From: Candidatus Moraniibacteriota bacterium
GTDB lineage: Bacteria > Patescibacteriota > Minisyncoccia > Moranbacterales > UBA2206
Reading direction: 5' to 3'
Length of the DNA: 64,000 bases
NCBI GenBank assembly: GCA_030645735.1
Contig: JAUSNP010000001.1
Coordinates: 7,502 to 71,501, forward strand
The notes under the pieces were generated by a model. The model worked only from the letters and a program-made list of their open reading frames with translations, was not told where the DNA came from and ran no database searches. This document shows positions 59,234 through 64,000 of this stretch, one piece after another. Positions within the stretch are counted from its first letter, which is position 1. Every line of letters begins with the position of its first letter. Both the position numbers and the translations under genes were made by a program.

Positions 59234-60913
59234 CTAGATATTTTTAACTAAATAAGTATCCCGCAATTTATAACCAGACTTGCGATAGTATCCGCGCACA
59301 CCAACACCAGAGATGACGGCGATTTTTTTGAGGCCAAATTCTTTTTTAGCGATACGCTCAGCTTCTAGCAAAAGTTTCTTGCCGAGGCCGATGTGTTGGG
59401 GTGAAGTCTTGTTTTGTTTGTCAATCTTGGTTAGTTTGCCATAGGTGTGAACTTCACGAATGATGGCGGAGTTTTTGAGAGCAGGGAACAGTGCGTGCAA
59501 CTTGGACACTGGGTGTCCAATAGGATCTGAAGTGTCTTCAATTATTCTAAGACGCAAAAGCGCAAAAAGTTTTCGCTTATCAGGCCCGCCTCGCTTCGAC
59601 GAGCAATCGTCTTTGCGAGTCGAGGCGGGCGAAACATATTGTAAAAAGATTTCTTTGCCATTTGAGGCAGGATAATCAATGCGATCCAAAATAATATTTT
59701 CGCCAATGATATAATCAGACTTTACTTCACGACAACGAATGCATGGGCAAACTGATTCTTTTTCAATGATTTGGCGCAGATTGGAAATGGTCGGACCAGC
59801 GATGATGGAGGAAGTCGGCACATCGCGCACGAGGCGAGCAATGCGGACATAAGGCGGAATGATTTCCTTTTTGATTTTCAAAACAAACTTGGCAAATTCA
59901 GCATTGCCCAATGGTTTGTATTTTCCACTTTTCCACATTGAATGCAACTTGGTATTTTTGGTCACCACCGTTGGATAGATTTTTAACATATCCGGTTGAA
60001 AATTAGAATCGGAAAAAAGTTTGTGAAACATTTGATAATCTCTTTTCAAATCTGAACCTGGCAAGCCTGGCATGATGTGGTAGTTGATTTTGAAACCAGC
60101 ATCTTTCAAAAGTTTGGTGGCTTCGATGGTTTTGGCTATATCATGTCCGCGACGATTGAGTTTTAAAACATCATCAAAAACACTTTGCACGCCCAGCTCT
60201 ACTCGGGTGCAGCCTAGAGTTCTAAAATTCAAAATTTCTTGCTCATCAATATAATCCGGCCGAGTTTCCAGAGTCAGTCCGATAATGCGACACTTAGCTT
60301 TTTCATTGAATTTTTGTTCCAAGGCCAATTTTTCCAAGGGGGACTTTACGGACTTTGAGACTTTACGGACTTTTGACTTTCTCCCATATTCATTGCACGC
60401 CCGAAAGCATTCTTTAATAAACCTCGTTTGATAGGCTTTCGGCAAATACGAAAATGTTCCACCCATCACAATCAGCTCGATTTTGTCGATTTGGTGGCCA
60501 TTGAGCTCAAGAGCGCGCAGACGGTTCTGGACCTGCTTGTAGGGGTTAAATTTGGCGCTAATAGCTCGCATAACCGCTGGTTCGTTAGAAAGGTAGCTTT
60601 TGGGCATATCCTTCTCAGAGGGGCAATATATACATTTGCCTGGGCAAGGATAGCTCTTGGTCAAGACAGCCACCACCGCCACGCCAGACTCAGTGCGCAC
60701 CCTTTTGCTAAGGAGGATTTTTTCAAAAAATAGGCTTCTTCGGAGTCCTTTTCTGGTAATCATTTTTTCATAATGTTCACGCAAATCAGCATTAGTCGGG
60801 GGTTGGACACCCAGCTGTTTACAGATGTCTTTTTTGAGACGCGAAAAATCTCGCGGATCCGTAACACCTGCTTCCATTGCTAATTTTATGAAATTGTCGT
60901 AAGCTTTTAACAT
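59234..60913 (-). CDS. Elp3-family radical SAM/GNAT protein (tRNA U34 carboxymethyluridine synthase homologue)
   Basis: Radical SAM CPGKCIYCP, Elp3 core IMPGLPG, C-terminal GNAT QHIGLGKKLL; 559 aa. Confidence 0.85.
   Translation of the reverse strand: MLKAYDNFIKLAMEAGVTDPRDFSRLKKDICKQLGVQPPTNADLREHYEKMITRKGLRRSLFFEKILLSKRVRTESGVAVVAVLTKSYPCPGKCIYCPSEKDMPKSYLSNEPAVMRAISAKFNPYKQVQNRLRALELNGHQIDKIELIVMGGTFSYLPKAYQTRFIKECFRACNEYGRKSKVRKVSKSVKSPLEKLALEQKFNEKAKCRIIGLTLETRPDYIDEQEILNFRTLGCTRVELGVQSVFDDVLKLNRRGHDIAKTIEATKLLKDAGFKINYHIMPGLPGSDLKRDYQMFHKLFSDSNFQPDMLKIYPTVVTKNTKLHSMWKSGKYKPLGNAEFAKFVLKIKKEIIPPYVRIARLVRDVPTSSIIAGPTISNLRQIIEKESVCPCIRCREVKSDYIIGENIILDRIDYPASNGKEIFLQYVSPASTRKDDCSSKRGGPDKRKLFALLRLRIIEDTSDPIGHPVSKLHALFPALKNSAIIREVHTYGKLTKIDKQNKTSPQHIGLGKKLLLEAERIAKKEFGLKKIAVISGVGVRGYYRKSGYKLRDTYLVKNI
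59555..59632. repeat. GC-rich composite palindrome inserted in-frame in elp3 (encodes SPASTRKDDCSSKRGGPDKRK)
   Basis: aagcgcaaaaagttttcgctt + gcccgcctcgcttcgacgagcaatcgtctttgcgagtcgaggcgggc; strongly GC-rich compared with its surroundings. Confidence 0.6.
60341..60381. repeat. 9-nt tandem repeat (gactttacg/gactttgag)x4 in-frame in elp3 (encodes VRKVSKSVKSP)
   Basis: ggactttacggactttgagactttacggacttttgactttc. Confidence 0.7.
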
Positions 60914-60914
60914 T

Positions 60915-61613
60915 ATGAAAAATGAAAATATTGATAAAATTTTAAATCAAACTGAAGCTGGCTATGATCAGATGGCGGAGAAGTTTTCGGGCACACGGAA
61001 TTTCTTTTGGCCGGAATTGAGTTTCATCAAAGATGTCGTTTCTGAGGAATCAAAGATCTTGGATTTTGGTTGTGGCAATGGTCGGCTTTTGGAAATTTTG
61101 CAGGAGAAAAATCCGCAATATTTTGGCGTGGACATTTCGCAAAAATTGATTGATTTGGCTAAACAGAAATATCCACAATTTGCGCAGAATTTCTCGAAAA
61201 TATCTGGTCAACCCAGTCTAGCATTTCCGGATGAATTTTTCAATAACATCGTTTCGGTGGCAGTTTTTCATCATTTTCCCGACCAGAAATTTCGCTTGGC
61301 AATGGCCAAGGAATTGTTTCGTGTCACCAAGCCGGGTGGAAAGATTGTTGTGACAGTTTGGAATTTGTGGCAGGAAAAATACAAAAAATATGTCTGGAAA
61401 AATCGAATTCGCAAAGTGTTTTTCTTGAGTCAACTTGATTGGTCAGATTGTGAGATTCCATTCAAAAACAACAAGGGCGAAGTTTTTACAAGATTTCATC
61501 ATGCCTACACTAAAAAAGATTTAGCCAACTTATTTTCGCAAGCTGGATTTGAAATTGAAAAAGTGGAAGTCGTGAATAACAAAAATTTAGTTTTAGTTGG
61601 AAAAAGAATATGA
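60915..61613 (+). CDS. Class I SAM-dependent methyltransferase
   Basis: ILDFGCGNGRLL motif I. Confidence 0.8.
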   Translation: MKNENIDKILNQTEAGYDQMAEKFSGTRNFFWPELSFIKDVVSEESKILDFGCGNGRLLEILQEKNPQYFGVDISQKLIDLAKQKYPQFAQNFSKISGQPSLAFPDEFFNNIVSVAVFHHFPDQKFRLAMAKELFRVTKPGGKIVVTVWNLWQEKYKKYVWKNRIRKVFFLSQLDWSDCEIPFKNNKGEVFTRFHHAYTKKDLANLFSQAGFEIEKVEVVNNKNLVLVGKRI

Positions 61614-62533
61614 CAAAAAAGAAAGCGCGAGCACTAGTGCTTTTTTCCGGCGGGTTGGATTCGACTTTGGCGGTGAAAGTGTTGGAAAAACAAAATATTG
61701 AAGTGGTGGCGCTGTCTTTTGTTAGTTATTTTTTTGATGATACAAAGGCCAAAATTTCGGCTGAGAAAAATAATTTGAATTTGCGTTCAGTCAATTTTGC
61801 TGACATGCATTGTGAGGTGGTGAAAAATCCTAAGCGGGGATATGGCAAAGCGATGAACCCGTGTATTGATTGTCATTTACTCATGATTCGTGAAGCTGGG
61901 AAAATTATGCGTGAGGAAGGTTTTGATTTTGTGGCTACGGGAGAAATTTTGGGTCAACGTCCAATGTCACAAAATTTGAATGCTCTGAACTTGATTGCCA
62001 AAGAATCTGGTTTGGAGGGGCGATTGTTGCGACCATTGTCGGCCAAGCTTTTGGAAGAAACAGAGGTGGAAAAACAGGGGTTGGTGGATCGAGAACAGCT
62101 CTTGGATATTTCTGGGCGCTCACGTCAGCGACAATTTGAGCTGGTGAAAGAATTGAATGTTGAATATTATCCATCGCCTGGGGGCGGTTGCATGTTGACT
62201 GAAATTGAGTTTGGCAAAAAACTGAAAAAACTTTTGCAAACAATTAAAAAGCCGACTGCATCAGATTTTGCCTTGTTGCAAGTCGGGCGAATTTTCTGGG
62301 CGGGTGACACACGCATTCTCGTTGGGCGCAACAGTGAGGAGAATGAAAAATTGAAAAAAATCAAAGAGGAAAACGATGTGTTGGTGGAATTGCAAGATTT
62401 TATGGGGCCAATCACTCTGGTACGGGGGATTGTGACGGATGAAATTTTGGCAGAGGCTAAAAAAATAACGGCCAGTTACTCAAAACATACCAAGGAAATG
62501 GACTATAAAAAATTGAATTTCAAAATCATATAA
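61610..62533 (+). CDS. PP-loop ATP pyrophosphatase (QueC/MnmA/ThiI-like tRNA modification enzyme)
   Basis: LVLFSGGLDST PP-loop; NPCIDCH Cys motif; VATGEILGQ. Confidence 0.5.
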   Translation: MTKKKARALVLFSGGLDSTLAVKVLEKQNIEVVALSFVSYFFDDTKAKISAEKNNLNLRSVNFADMHCEVVKNPKRGYGKAMNPCIDCHLLMIREAGKIMREEGFDFVATGEILGQRPMSQNLNALNLIAKESGLEGRLLRPLSAKLLEETEVEKQGLVDREQLLDISGRSRQRQFELVKELNVEYYPSPGGGCMLTEIEFGKKLKKLLQTIKKPTASDFALLQVGRIFWAGDTRILVGRNSEENEKLKKIKEENDVLVELQDFMGPITLVRGIVTDEILAEAKKITASYSKHTKEMDYKKLNFKII

Positions 62534-62644
62534 ATAGCCAAAAAAGTTATCCACAGGCCACTTGAAAAAAGTGGCCTTTTTGGTTCCAAAAAACCGAAAA
62601 AAATGGTATGATTGAGCCATAGGTAGCATATCTTTCGATGAAGG

Positions 62645-63730
62645 ATGTGCCGTCATTGGGTGGAAATAAAAAATATTAAATTTTATAAAAATATGCAAAA
62701 GATTTTAGAAAAAATTGGAAAGGGGATAAAGGGATTAAAAATGGGAAGAAAGGGTGAGATTGGAAAGGGAATAAAAAAAGTAAAGGGAAAAATAAAAAAG
62801 GATGAAGGGCGATTGATAAATACCTTCCAAGAGCTGAGCTCTTGGAAGGAAAAAATTGGAAATTTTGTGAAAACCTATTTTGCAAAATTTCAAGGATTGA
62901 GTTTGGGGAGGCGGAGAATTGTTTTGGGTGGCGTCGGAATGATGCTGGTGCTGGGTGTGGTTTTTGCGATGAATGTTTCCAACATCCGGGGTGCCAGCTT
63001 TGGCTGGCTGCAGACGGATTGGTCAGGCGGAGCAGACACCAACGCAGTGGCCAACCATACCTCAAATCAAACTGGTTGGACAAAGTTTTTTTCCAAGGAC
63101 GCCAATGTGGACACAACTGCAGGTGAAGTGAAAATGTCAGCTACTTCAGCGTCATTTGTGACAACCACTGATGCGGATTTCAACGCGGGGACAGGAACAA
63201 TGACCTATGTTTCTGGTAATGCCGTGATGGCTAAAAAACCCAACGGCGGATCCTGCACCAGCAATGGAATGTGTATTCAAGGTATCTGCCAATCTAATAT
63301 TTGCATCGGACCATGGATTGTAGGACCGTGTGCCGGTATTGCGGTGTATAAACAAGATGTTGCTGGAACGCTAGCCTGGAAAAATGCTAACACAGACTGT
63401 GTGGGTCCGCAGTGTGCTACTGGACTGGATGCCAGCTATCCAACCAAGTATGTCCTAGTAGCTGATAATGCCGTTGATTTTAGTAATTATCCGGCGCGCA
63501 ATGCTTGTAAAGCACTGGGTGGTCGTTTGCCAACAGTATACGAAGCAAATTGTATCTATACCAATCGGACGCAGTACAGTCTTTACACATCTTTCACTGC
63601 TGATGTTTATTGGACAGCCACGGAGTATATGTCGGCACGCCCCATTCCAATAAATTTCAATAATGGCGATGTTAGTACCTACTATGAAAAGATAGCCCCT
63701 AAATATGTGCGTTGTGTTCAAGGGTTGTAG
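62645..63730 (+). CDS. Hypothetical single-pass membrane protein with a Cys-rich extracytoplasmic domain; true start probably downstream of the G-rich repeat
   Basis: TM IVLGGVGMMLVLGVVFAM; many Cys in the C-terminal half. Confidence 0.4.
   Translation: MCRHWVEIKNIKFYKNMQKILEKIGKGIKGLKMGRKGEIGKGIKKVKGKIKKDEGRLINTFQELSSWKEKIGNFVKTYFAKFQGLSLGRRRIVLGGVGMMLVLGVVFAMNVSNIRGASFGWLQTDWSGGADTNAVANHTSNQTGWTKFFSKDANVDTTAGEVKMSATSASFVTTTDADFNAGTGTMTYVSGNAVMAKKPNGGSCTSNGMCIQGICQSNICIGPWIVGPCAGIAVYKQDVAGTLAWKNANTDCVGPQCATGLDASYPTKYVLVADNAVDFSNYPARNACKALGGRLPTVYEANCIYTNRTQYSLYTSFTADVYWTATEYMSARPIPINFNNGDVSTYYEKIAPKYVRCVQGL
62700..62830. repeat. Copy 4 of the G-rich GGGATAAAGGG repeat (encodes the Gly/Lys-rich N-terminus of the downstream ORF)
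   Basis: ggaaaggggataaagggattaaaaatgggaagaaagggtgagattggaaagggaataaaaaaagtaaagggaaaaataaaaaaggatgaagggcg. Confidence 0.6.
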
Positions 63731-63825
63731 GTTTGCAAAATTGAGAATTTGGATTTTTGGAGATTTGGCAGAATATCATTTTCTGCAATCCTGGCTAGAG
63801 TAAAAAAAATAAAAAATGACTAAGC

Positions 63826-64000
63826 ATAAAATCAAGCGAATAAAATATTTCCAATTTCTCTGCGCATTTCTGCTGGGCGTGGGATTTTTGATTTTTTCTA
63901 CTGCGCAGGCGCAGGCCTATGTCAATGCATCTAGTTGGACCAGCCCAGTGAAATCGTATGTATCCAAAGTGCGATTTGGCACGATTGCCTGGACGGAAAT
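63826..64000 (+). CDS. Secreted protein, 3'-truncated at window end
   Basis: ATG at 63826 followed by a signal-peptide-like FLCAFLLGVGFLIFSTAQAQA. Confidence 0.35.

Overview
AT-rich (~38-40% GC), gene-dense window, almost all genes on the + strand. The content is overwhelmingly housekeeping and looks like a small-genome, CPR/Patescibacteria-like bacterium. Genes: a 5'-truncated giant HYR/Ig-like surface protein; a SemiSWEET + GH1 + DMT transporter + GH-A glycosidase sugar cluster; the infC-rpmI-rplT operon; smpB plus an unannotated tmRNA (ssrA); five aminoacyl-tRNA synthetases (argS, ileS, glyQS, metG, leuS); recO, tgt, U32 peptidase, rsmI and tatD; a complete F1Fo ATP synthase operon (atpZ-like, atpBEFHAGDC); SulP, NRAMP, glmS, YvcK; a KilA-N module; a VWA protein; rlmN; and a bacterial Elp3 homologue. 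The most unusual signals are not whole genes. (1) A NUDIX-like domain inserted in-frame in leuS. (2) A family of 7-nt tandem repeat arrays sitting in-frame inside essential genes and as inverted arrays in regulatory intergenic regions. (3) A dispersed G-rich GGGATAAAGGG repeat family, one copy inserted in-frame into a four-helix-bundle gene. (4) MITE-like palindromic elements with TIR tgtcattSSSg at three loci. (5) A T-box-like motif upstream of an HD-ileS pair.
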